Shown here one piece after another: positions 18,175-26,169 of a stretch of DNA of 57,037 bases (its first letter is position 1; each line of letters begins with the position of its first letter). The translations under genes were made by a program, and so were the position numbers. Source of the DNA: Minisyncoccota bacterium. Lineage in GTDB: Bacteria; Patescibacteriota; Minisyncoccia; Phycocordibacterales; UBA1006. The stretch lies in assembly GCA_022763365.1 (NCBI GenBank), contig JALEGN010000019.1, forward strand, positions 1 through 57,037, in the 5' to 3' direction. Below the pieces are notes generated by a model that was given only the letters and a program-made list of their open reading frames with translations, did not search any database and was not told where the DNA came from.

Positions 18175-19341
18175 ATGAGGGTGTTATCATATAAATGTAA
18201 TCTTTTTTGCTTCATAAAAATTAACGAAGCAAATCACCAGAGGCTTATCAAACCGATTGCTCAAGACCCGTCTGATTCACATCAGTCGGTGACATATTCT
18301 ACAAATCTGGCCCACATCATTGGTATTGGGGTTCTTTCATTTATGGGACTGGCGACGTTCTTTAATGCGACTGATTCATCAGCTGAATCGGTACTCCGTG
18401 CCCAAGTTAATGAAACGACAAATTCTCAAACTATTGATTTGCTCTCGCCAAACTATGCACTCACGATTCCGCAAGCTATTGGAGGACCAAGTGATATTGT
18501 TGTTAATGATCGTTTGGCACTACTTTCGCCACAGGTTGGTATTGTCTCAGGAACGGAAACTATCCAAAAAGTCGAAGTTGATCCATCAGGAATCGTAACC
18601 TACGTCGTTCAAAAAGGTGATACCTTGTCTGAAATAGCTGAGAAATTTGATGTTTCAGTCAATACTATTAAATGGGAAAATGATTTAGGAAAAACCCTTA
18701 AGGTAGGAAAAGAATTACGTATCTTACCAGTAACCGGTATTAGACATACGATTAAAAAAGGTGATACCTTTGGTGGTATTGCAAAACGCTATGGTGTAGA
18801 AACCGAAGATATTACGGTTTTCAATAATATTGATGCGACCAAACTTCAACCTGGAAAGAAAATCATTATTCCAAACGGGGTTCAGCCAAAAGCAAGTAGT
18901 TCGTCTCGATCAAGTTCAGTATCGGCAAAAGTGGCAAGTGTTACGACCGCTAGCCTTGCTGCAGCCAGTGGTGAATACATCACCCCAACAGCTGGGCCGA
19001 TAACTTCACGTATGGGTCCACGTTATGGGCGATATCACTATGGAGTCGATTATGGTGCGCCAACAGGAACACCAATTGTTGCAACACGAGCTGGAACGAT
19101 AACTAAAACCTCATGTGGTTCTGGGTATGGTAAATGTCTTGTTATTCAACATGATAACGGGACGCATTCATTGTATGCTCATGCGAGCCGCCTCTATGTA
19201 ACCGTTGGAACCCAAGTTAAACAAGGACAGAAGATTGCCGCTGTTGGTTCAACAGGACGATCGACAGGTCCTCACCTTCACTTTGAAATTCGAAACTCTG
19301 GAAATGGACGAGCCTTAAACCCACTGAAATTGATTAAATAA
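18175..19341 (+). CDS. LysM-domain M23 family metallopeptidase (peptidoglycan hydrolase)
   Basis: Two LysM repeats (VQKGDTLSEIAEKFDVSVNTIKWEND, IKKGDTFGGIAKRYGVETEDITVFNNI). M23 motifs HYGVDYGAPTGTPIVA and GSTGRSTGPHLHFEIR. N-terminal TM helix. Exact start uncertain. Confidence 0.9.
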   Translation: MRVLSYKCNLFCFIKINEANHQRLIKPIAQDPSDSHQSVTYSTNLAHIIGIGVLSFMGLATFFNATDSSAESVLRAQVNETTNSQTIDLLSPNYALTIPQAIGGPSDIVVNDRLALLSPQVGIVSGTETIQKVEVDPSGIVTYVVQKGDTLSEIAEKFDVSVNTIKWENDLGKTLKVGKELRILPVTGIRHTIKKGDTFGGIAKRYGVETEDITVFNNIDATKLQPGKKIIIPNGVQPKASSSSRSSSVSAKVASVTTASLAAASGEYITPTAGPITSRMGPRYGRYHYGVDYGAPTGTPIVATRAGTITKTSCGSGYGKCLVIQHDNGTHSLYAHASRLYVTVGTQVKQGQKIAAVGSTGRSTGPHLHFEIRNSGNGRALNPLKLIK

Positions 19342-19364
19342 AAAACACCAATTTGGTGTTTTTT
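19340..19364. terminator. Bidirectional terminator AAAAAACACC-AATTT-GGTGTTTTTT (family member 4)
   Basis: Lies between convergent 18175..19341 (+) and comM (-) and overlaps both stop codons. Confidence 0.85.
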
Positions 19365-20895
19365 ATTTAAACTGTGGTCGATACTGCAGTGCTTCGAGAA
19401 TATGATCAGATTCAATGTGTTCAGACTGTTCAAGGTCTGCAATCGTCCGAGCTAATTTAATCACGCGGTGATAGGCCCTTGGCGAGAGTTTCATCGCAGT
19501 AGCACTTTGATTTAATAGATTCAAAACCTCCTTGGAAAGATATTCTTTTTGAATTTCAGATGAACTGAGACTGCTATTAAATCGATGATTTCCTAATCGT
19601 TTGTAGCCAATATTACGTGCCATGTGGACGCGAGCTTTAATGTCTTCTGAATCCTCACTAGTATTCTCAGCATTTTCTCCTGCAAGGTGGTTATAGTCTA
19701 CATGTTCAACCGGTAACCAAATATCAATACGATCCATAATTGGTCCTGATATTTTCTTTTGATAACGAGCTAAATCAGAAGCGGTGCATCTACAGGCGGT
19801 ATGTTCCGAGCCGTAAAAACCACAAGGGCATGGATTCATAGCCGCCACCAAAATAAAATTAGCAGGAAAGGTAATTGATCCTCGCGAACGAGAAATATTA
19901 ACAATATTATCTTCCAGTGGTTGCCTCAGACTTTCCAAAACTTTTTTATCAAATTCCGGAAACTCATCTAGAAAGAGAACACCATTATGAGCCAGTGTAA
20001 TCTCTCCAGGTTTTGGATAAGTACCACCGCCAACCACTGCGACGTAACTAGAGGTATGATGTGGTGAGCGAAATGGCGGCTCTACCATAACATCAATACC
20101 ACCTAAAATTCCAGAGATACTATGAATCCCAGTTGTTTCCAGAATTTGCTCGTGATTAAGGTGCGGAAGAATAGAGGTAAAAGAACGAGCCAACATTGTT
20201 TTTCCTGTTCCTGGTGGTCCAAACATACAAATATTATGACCACCTGCTGCGGCGATCTCAAGACCTCTTTTGGCAATGGCTTGACCCTTAACGTCTTTGA
20301 AATTAGTTATTGGTGTTAGTTCATCAGTATTAATAGTTGTTGGTGTTTGTGGAGAAATCAGTTTTTTCTGCTCAAGAAAATCATTACAGTGTGCGATGAG
20401 CTCCCTAAGGTTATGTACCGGATAAATAGTAATATCTGATATGAGGGCTGCTTCTTCTATGTTTTGATAGGGAACAAAGACTTCACTAAAACCGGCTTCT
20501 TTGACGGCTTGGATAATCGGCAGGATACCGTTAATAGCTCTAATACTTCCGTCCAAGGATAATTCACCTAAAAAAATTTTATCTGCAGGATCAAAACTAA
20601 TTTCTTCTGTCGCTAATAAATATCCCATTGCCATGGCTACATCATGATACGCACCATCTTTACGTAATTCGGCCGGTGCTAACGAAATAACCAGTTTTTC
20701 ATTTTTCGATTTAGGAGAACCAAAGCCTGAATTTTTTAAGGCAGAGCTCATTCGATCCTTGGCTTCATCAACTGATTTTGATGCCATACCAACAATCGAA
20801 AAGGAGTGGAGTCCGCGACTAATATCCATCTCAACATCAACCACGCGACCGCGCAGGTATTCTGGTTGAGCTGAATAGACTTTGGCAAACTTCAT
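19363..20895 (-). CDS. comM: YifB/ComM family Mg-chelatase-like ATPase (start moved to ATG at 20895)
   Basis: MKFAKVYSAQ... N-terminus, Walker A GPPGTGKTM, LFLDEFPEF. The GTG start at 20919 in the track lies inside terminator hairpin 20911-20942. TATACT at 20903-20908 is 7 nt from the ATG. Confidence 0.93.
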   Translation of the reverse strand: MKFAKVYSAQPEYLRGRVVDVEMDISRGLHSFSIVGMASKSVDEAKDRMSSALKNSGFGSPKSKNEKLVISLAPAELRKDGAYHDVAMAMGYLLATEEISFDPADKIFLGELSLDGSIRAINGILPIIQAVKEAGFSEVFVPYQNIEEAALISDITIYPVHNLRELIAHCNDFLEQKKLISPQTPTTINTDELTPITNFKDVKGQAIAKRGLEIAAAGGHNICMFGPPGTGKTMLARSFTSILPHLNHEQILETTGIHSISGILGGIDVMVEPPFRSPHHTSSYVAVVGGGTYPKPGEITLAHNGVLFLDEFPEFDKKVLESLRQPLEDNIVNISRSRGSITFPANFILVAAMNPCPCGFYGSEHTACRCTASDLARYQKKISGPIMDRIDIWLPVEHVDYNHLAGENAENTSEDSEDIKARVHMARNIGYKRLGNHRFNSSLSSSEIQKEYLSKEVLNLLNQSATAMKLSPRAYHRVIKLARTIADLEQSEHIESDHILEALQYRPQFK

Positions 20896-20902
20896 ATTAT
20901 TT

Positions 20903-20908
20903 AGTATA
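20903..20908 (-). promoter_or_regulatory. -10 box TATACT, 7 nt from comM ATG
   Basis: GCTATACT-AAATAAT-ATG. Confidence 0.55.
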
Positions 20909-20910
20909 GC

Positions 20911-20942
20911 AAAAACCACCCTATTTCTAGAGTGGTTTTTTA
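20911..20942 (-). terminator. Intrinsic terminator
   Basis: AAAAACCAC-(loop)-GTGGTTTTTT upstream of the comM promoter. Confidence 0.6.
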
Positions 20943-20947
20943 CTAGC

Positions 20948-20967
20948 TGGCAGAACAGGATTCGAAC
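20948..20967 (-). other. tRNA 3'-end-like fragment (T-loop + T-stem 3' strand + acceptor 3' strand)
   Basis: The reverse strand reads GTTCGAATCCTGTTCTGCCA. No complementary 5' half is present, so this is not a complete tRNA. Confidence 0.35.
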
Positions 20968-21023
20968 TTTAGTGAAGAGTAAAAGAATTTTATAAAAAAT
21001 AAAAAACCATTTCTGATTTTTTA

Positions 21024-21368
21024 TTAAGCGTGTTCAATTGTTGTTGTAGCTGATGGATTTGCCAGTAATCGTTCTTCAGAGATTTTTTCTCCAGAAACTT
21101 CGCAAATTCCATAACTACCATTCTCAATCGCAGCCAAAGCTTTGCTAACTTGCGTGTGTTGCGCTTCAAGAACGTTTAATCGAGCTACTTTTTCCTCAAA
21201 ATCTTCAACAACATCAGCATTATCAATAGGGTCTGCGTGCGTTCCGTCATCTTCATCAGGAATCACGTACCATCCACCATTTTCATCTCGTTTACCAAGG
21301 TTATCTAAATCTTTTTCGAGCTCATCTTTTTCCTTGAGTAATTTTGCTTTTTGATCATCAATATTCAT
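21024..21368 (-). CDS. DksA/TraR-family protein with degenerate (Cys-poor) zinc finger
   Basis: 114 aa with a coiled-coil N-terminal part and C-terminal YGICEVSGEKISEERLLANPSATTTIEHA. This matches the YG.C..CG..I...RL.A.P.A..C..C pattern but keeps only 1 of the 4 Cys. Confidence 0.75.
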   Translation of the reverse strand: MNIDDQKAKLLKEKDELEKDLDNLGKRDENGGWYVIPDEDDGTHADPIDNADVVEDFEEKVARLNVLEAQHTQVSKALAAIENGSYGICEVSGEKISEERLLANPSATTTIEHA

Positions 21369-21375
21369 GTACCTT

Positions 21376-21381
21376 AGTATA
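21376..21381 (-). promoter_or_regulatory. -10 box TATACT, 7 nt from ATG of DksA-like gene
   Basis: GATATACT-AAGGTAC-ATG. Confidence 0.5.
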
Positions 21382-21383
21382 TC

Positions 21384-21409
21384 AAAAAACTACCATCACG
21401 GTAGTTTTT
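21384..21409 (-). terminator. Intrinsic terminator
   Basis: AAAAAACTACC-ATCAC-GGTAGTTTTT just past the stop of 21417..25121. Confidence 0.8.
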
Positions 21410-21416
21410 CATAGTT

Positions 21417-24400
21417 TTATTGCCTGAAAATATCTGAAAGAACACGTCGTTGAATAATTTCGTCAATGACGACTTGGTCACGTGCAATCAAAATTGTTTC
21501 TTCATCAAGGAACATATACATCAATACGATATCTCCTTCTCGTAGACTATCAGCATCTGCTTCGTTCACTTCAAAGTTTGCAACGCCTGGTCCAAAATTT
21601 CCTTCGAGTTTCCCAACTCCCTCAAGGAACCCCTGAGGATTTAAAGCAAGCCCAGAACCGAGATAACCTTCAGCACGGATAACATCGTTTAATGCTTCGA
21701 GGGTTTCAGGTGATAAGGTACACGCAATTGGATCGGCAACTTCAAGTTCATTATCAATTTGGAATTGCTGAACAGCCTCACATGTTTGTTCGTCAAACAA
21801 TCCATTGATAGTCGAGATATTATAGCCTTCAGCATAAAGAAGTACCTGTAAGTTTTGAACTGAATTATTATATGCCCCTAAAGTAAGGATTTGCTCATCC
21901 GCACTAACGGCACCTCCTGTTACGAGGTTTCCGTCTGCATCAATTGTTCCTCCTGTAATAATATTGCCATCAGCATCAACAGCTCCACTACCAACAACAA
22001 AGTAATCGTTAATGATGGCTTCGTCTCCTCCATAGAGAGTATCTTGATTATCAATAATGGTTTGCATTAACTGAAGTGTTTCAGGATCAAGAATTCCTGT
22101 CACGGTAATAGCATTTGCCAATTGGAATTGAGAGATAGCGTCTTGGGTCAATAAGTCTAAGGTTCCACTGACTGACAGTGGATCAAGCAGTCCCATCAAA
22201 GCAAGCGCCTGCTGAACAGGCTCAACGCCTGGAATGCTTTGCCCAGCGTAGATAGTTATTCCTTGTGGAATTTGCGCGAGCGTACTCCATTGAAGTGTAT
22301 TAGCGATTCCCAAGGTACATTTAACTGTATCAATTAATTCACGCATCAAACCATAAAGGTTCAATCCACCATTTGGACCATTTTGAGGTAGCTGAAGATT
22401 AGGATCAACATTATCAAGGATTTGCTCAAGAGTCTGAATCACGAGGGCTGTTTGCCGTGCCTCTTCAATCTGCAAAATATTACCATTTGCTACATCAGCA
22501 AGATAATCTGCGGCTTGATTAATGTTAGAAACATCTTGACCGGATAATCCAAATAATGAACCAATTCCTGCAATAAGGCGAAGCTCTAACACCACCCATG
22601 CCAAACGAGATTGAATTTCATTTGTCGTCAGATCAGCACATTGTCCATTCACACCAATATTTGTTGCAGCATTTTGATTTGGCGTAAAACAGAATTGGTC
22701 AGTAGTGAAAATTTCATTACCCGTTCTAACAGCAACTTTATCTTGCCCGGTAATACATAATCGTGCCGAACGATTTTGCGGCATAATACAATTAAATCCA
22801 AGCTGTGGATCATTTGGTGTTTTATATTTCAAATAATTTGACTGATTATCAAAACATACCGGGGCGTCATTAATATTTTGATATGACAAAATATCATTAA
22901 ACTGACGACAGATTTTTGGCATAGGCTCTCCATTTGGCAAGACAGCATCAAAGGCTACAAGATCAGGTGTTTCCTCTCCACAGGTAACTCCTGGTTCACC
23001 CTGACGATCTCCTGATACTTCAAGTCCATTTAATTTACATGCCAATCGATTACATCGATACGGAGCGAAACAAAACTGCGTAGTATCTGGTGTTTGTAAT
23101 CGTGCTCCTGTTTGATTATTGAAACATACTGGTTCGGTTGTTGTCAGCTGGTCTAAACCATCACCTTGCTGAATTTCTTCACCACCTGAAATCGTATTAA
23201 TACATGAATAATTCAAGGTGTCTCCTTCAAGCTGTGGTGTTGATGGAATTGGTGTATTGCTCGTTCGCACATCAGTACATAATTGAGTTGTATCACCCTG
23301 TTGGTAGGGTACCGTTTGCCCTGTTGATCTATCAATACATGATTTTTGAATTGGATAACAAATACGCTCTCCATTACTATTATCACCGGAATTTCCAAAT
23401 CCAGTACCGGTTACTTCAGGTGTCTGAGCATACACTGATGACTGAGCAAAGATGTTACGTGCAAAGGCTTGGATTTTTTTCATCAATGAAACTTCAGTAG
23501 GTTCAACAATATTACCTTGCTGATCAACTTCTACAGAGTTACTGGTATCAATTCCTGAACCAGTGTTTAATGATTCACCTGAATTTGTTGTTGGTACGTC
23601 AGTTCCTTCTGAATTAGTAGAGTCAGCTGGTTGACCTCCCCCTAAATTAAGGAAATCAAGGATTCCTCGCCTATCGACTTCACGTGGCAAGAATCGGGCA
23701 ACACGTACATTTTTATTCCGAATCAAATCATCTTCAAATCCATCTTGAATAAGTGACCGATCAGTTCCTTCTGGCGGAAGGTCGAAATAGGTTGCCAAAT
23801 CATCCAACATATCAGGTTCCCATTCCTTCATTCCTTCAAGCGCTCGATCATACGAAAGTGCTTTCAAGATAATAAATGGGTAGTTTCTATCAGTTGCATA
23901 CACACCATGGGTGAAATCATTTTCAATATTATCGTAAAGCAGTTTTGGTGTTTGATTGTCAGTTTTGTCAAAAATATCTTTGACTCCCAATCGACGTACA
24001 CCACCTTGAGCTGTTTGCTCTACATAATAAATTTGATTAATCGTATCTTCTGGGATGTCTTTTTCGATTACCGTTCGAATCGCTTGTTTAATTCGTTCTG
24101 ATTCAATGTTGGTAACATTAATCCCCGTGTCTTGGTTTGCATAGACCAGTGATGAAACACGTTCTTCACTAACGAATTCAATAGGGTCTTGTCGTGCTCC
24201 AAAGAGAGCAAAAATAATTCCACCAGTAATCAGAAGTAATAGAATTGAAGCTCCAATATAGATTAAGTTCTTTTTTGATTTTGGTGATAAAATGGCAGCC
24301 TCCTTTTTTTCAAAGCGAGATTTTCGAATCAGCTCTGACATCGTTGCTGGTTCATTTGCTCCCATAGCACTAGAGAGATCGGAATAATACGTTTGCCCTA

Positions 24401-25121
24401 CACCTTTGGTTTTATCTTTCTCAGCTTGGAATTCTTCATCAGTTGTACCTTTTTCAAATTCAGCATCGATTTCTCCTTTCAATGATTCAACCAAGGTAGC
24501 ATGATTATCTTGAGCAACAGTATCAATCCCTGAGAGAGCTGCAGCGTCTTCTTTATTTAATAGGTTTTCAGCAGATTGCGGTGCTGCCTGTGGTGGCATG
24601 AAGCTCGTTTCTTCAGTAGGAGCATCAGCAGGAGCAGATTCCTTTTTGGTTACCGGTAACAAAGGTTCTTCGTTTGATGCTGACTCTGGTGCTTCAACAG
24701 CAGCTTTTTTTGTAATTGGCAAAAGTGGCTCTTCACTTACCCCATCTAAACTTACTGTGTCATCACTTCGCGTTTGTACTTTTGATGCTGAAGGATCTTC
24801 TTTGCCTGCAAAAGCAGCTTCTATTTCGGCCTTTAGATCATCTATTGAAGGAATCGTTTCTTTTGCCGATTCTGGTTTTGATTGATTACCTTGATGAACT
24901 CCAGCAGTCGTCGCTAAATCAAGAGGACTTAGCGATGAACTATCATCAACGTTCCGTTTAAAGGTGATGCCATTACCGCCATTATTATCTTGCGAGGTAG
25001 TATCTCCATCTGCATTTTGACCGAGGTCTCGACCAGATTTTGGAATATTTGATTGACCATCACCTCCTTGGTTTCGTTTCCAAACAATAGTATTTTTTTT
25101 GTTAGCATCATCAGTACTCAT
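21417..25121 (-). CDS. Large membrane-anchored protein: disordered N-terminus, one TM, Cys-rich repeats, two peptidoglycan-binding (PG_binding_1-like) repeats
   Basis: 1234 aa. TM helix LIYIGASILLLLITGGIIFALFG. Four repeats of type C...(T/S)G......(D/N).(T/P)Q(F/L)C. The segments VQQALALMGLLD...QFQLANAITVTGILDPETL and LQVLLYAEGYNISTINGLFDEQTCEAVQQFQIDNELEVAD resemble PG-binding domain 1. Confidence 0.85.
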   Translation of the reverse strand: MSTDDANKKNTIVWKRNQGGDGQSNIPKSGRDLGQNADGDTTSQDNNGGNGITFKRNVDDSSSLSPLDLATTAGVHQGNQSKPESAKETIPSIDDLKAEIEAAFAGKEDPSASKVQTRSDDTVSLDGVSEEPLLPITKKAAVEAPESASNEEPLLPVTKKESAPADAPTEETSFMPPQAAPQSAENLLNKEDAAALSGIDTVAQDNHATLVESLKGEIDAEFEKGTTDEEFQAEKDKTKGVGQTYYSDLSSAMGANEPATMSELIRKSRFEKKEAAILSPKSKKNLIYIGASILLLLITGGIIFALFGARQDPIEFVSEERVSSLVYANQDTGINVTNIESERIKQAIRTVIEKDIPEDTINQIYYVEQTAQGGVRRLGVKDIFDKTDNQTPKLLYDNIENDFTHGVYATDRNYPFIILKALSYDRALEGMKEWEPDMLDDLATYFDLPPEGTDRSLIQDGFEDDLIRNKNVRVARFLPREVDRRGILDFLNLGGGQPADSTNSEGTDVPTTNSGESLNTGSGIDTSNSVEVDQQGNIVEPTEVSLMKKIQAFARNIFAQSSVYAQTPEVTGTGFGNSGDNSNGERICYPIQKSCIDRSTGQTVPYQQGDTTQLCTDVRTSNTPIPSTPQLEGDTLNYSCINTISGGEEIQQGDGLDQLTTTEPVCFNNQTGARLQTPDTTQFCFAPYRCNRLACKLNGLEVSGDRQGEPGVTCGEETPDLVAFDAVLPNGEPMPKICRQFNDILSYQNINDAPVCFDNQSNYLKYKTPNDPQLGFNCIMPQNRSARLCITGQDKVAVRTGNEIFTTDQFCFTPNQNAATNIGVNGQCADLTTNEIQSRLAWVVLELRLIAGIGSLFGLSGQDVSNINQAADYLADVANGNILQIEEARQTALVIQTLEQILDNVDPNLQLPQNGPNGGLNLYGLMRELIDTVKCTLGIANTLQWSTLAQIPQGITIYAGQSIPGVEPVQQALALMGLLDPLSVSGTLDLLTQDAISQFQLANAITVTGILDPETLQLMQTIIDNQDTLYGGDEAIINDYFVVGSGAVDADGNIITGGTIDADGNLVTGGAVSADEQILTLGAYNNSVQNLQVLLYAEGYNISTINGLFDEQTCEAVQQFQIDNELEVADPIACTLSPETLEALNDVIRAEGYLGSGLALNPQGFLEGVGKLEGNFGPGVANFEVNEADADSLREGDIVLMYMFLDEETILIARDQVVIDEIIQRRVLSDIFRQ

Positions 25122-25163
25122 ATATATGTATTGTATCCTGAAGCGAAGCGCAAAACAAACAAG

Positions 25164-25192
25164 TAAAAAAATAAAACGCTCTTGAGCGTTTT
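25164..25192 (-). terminator. Intrinsic terminator after rpsO
   Basis: AAAACGCTC-TTG-AGCGTTTT with flanking A/T tracts, touching the rpsO stop codon. Confidence 0.8.
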
Positions 25193-25457
25193 ATTTTTTA
25201 AGTCCTAGTTTTTGAATAAGGATTTGGTATGCTTCGAGATCTTTGTTTTTAAAGTTTCGAAGTAATTTTCGTCGTGTATCTACCATTTTGATAAGACCTC
25301 GACGTGAATGAATATCTTTTTTGTGGACCTTAAGGTGTTCGGTCAATTCTGCAATTCGTCCAGACAAGAGTGCAATTTGCACTTGAGGAGAACCGGTGTC
25401 AGAATCGTGCGTTTGTACACCCGCGATAACGTCCTGTTTCTTCTTTGTTGTTAACAT
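25191..25457 (-). CDS. rpsO: 30S ribosomal protein S15
   Basis: 88 aa with [40 protein letters not shown], a canonical S15 sequence. Confidence 0.97.
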   Translation of the reverse strand: MLTTKKKQDVIAGVQTHDSDTGSPQVQIALLSGRIAELTEHLKVHKKDIHSRRGLIKMVDTRRKLLRNFKNKDLEAYQILIQKLGLKK

Positions 25458-25520
25458 AACCCTATTACCATAACATTGAAATAATAATTTGCAAGAAACT
25501 ATACGTAGATTATTAACAGA

Positions 25521-26120
25521 CTAAAAAGAGCTATATTTTCTTCTATTTTCTAATACTTCAGCAATTTCTGATTCATATTCACTAAGAAATTTTAAATCCG
25601 GTTCTTTATGAAAATGTTGATAATCCAAATATGATTTATCCCAATCACCACCCCAAATATAACCTCGTTTTTTCATGAATTGTGTAATTGGGTGATCAAT
25701 GCTTAAGGTTCCTTGCTCTGCCTCATCATATACGGCACTTTCAGGTAAGACCCTATCACCTTTGATATAAGGATTTTGAACAGGATTAATATCAACGGCC
25801 AGCCCATAACCGTGATTTGAAATACGTGATGGATCCAGTGCCACCGTTCTGAAATTAAAGGCACTAGTATTATTCGCATTCATTGATGCATCATCTTCGT
25901 AATTAAATTCTGAAACAGGAAGAACTGACTGAAGAGGAAATTTCAATTCATAGATAAGATCAAATAATTCTTGTATATCTTTTTGAATAGTTTTATGAAT
26001 CTCTATTTCGCCAACTTTTTCTTCCTCATTAAAATCAAAAAATTTTACCTGCACTGAAACAATATCATCCAAAAGTATTTGTGGTGGCTGTAATGGAATT
26101 GAGGAGGGATTATTTTGCAT
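25521..26120 (-). CDS. M15 family D-Ala-D-Ala carboxypeptidase/dipeptidase-like metallopeptidase (start moved to ATG at 26120)
   Basis: SNHGYGLAVDINP and DYQHFH metal-ligand motifs. The track start at 26150 lies inside terminator 26135-26163. TATACT at 26127-26132 is 6 nt from the ATG. Confidence 0.8.
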   Translation of the reverse strand: MQNNPSSIPLQPPQILLDDIVSVQVKFFDFNEEEKVGEIEIHKTIQKDIQELFDLIYELKFPLQSVLPVSEFNYEDDASMNANNTSAFNFRTVALDPSRISNHGYGLAVDINPVQNPYIKGDRVLPESAVYDEAEQGTLSIDHPITQFMKKRGYIWGGDWDKSYLDYQHFHKEPDLKFLSEYESEIAEVLENRRKYSSF

Positions 26121-26126
26121 AGAAAA

Positions 26127-26132
26127 AGTATA
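26127..26132 (-). promoter_or_regulatory. -10 box TATACT, 6 nt from ATG at 26120
   Basis: GTTATACT-TTTTCT-ATG. Confidence 0.55.
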
Positions 26133-26134
26133 AC

Positions 26135-26163
26135 AAAAAACCCACAGCAAAGTGTGGGTTTAA
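26135..26163 (-). terminator. Intrinsic terminator after GH3 gene
   Basis: AAAAAACCCACA-GCAAAG-TGTGGGTTT. Confidence 0.8.
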
Positions 26164-26169
26164 AATGGT

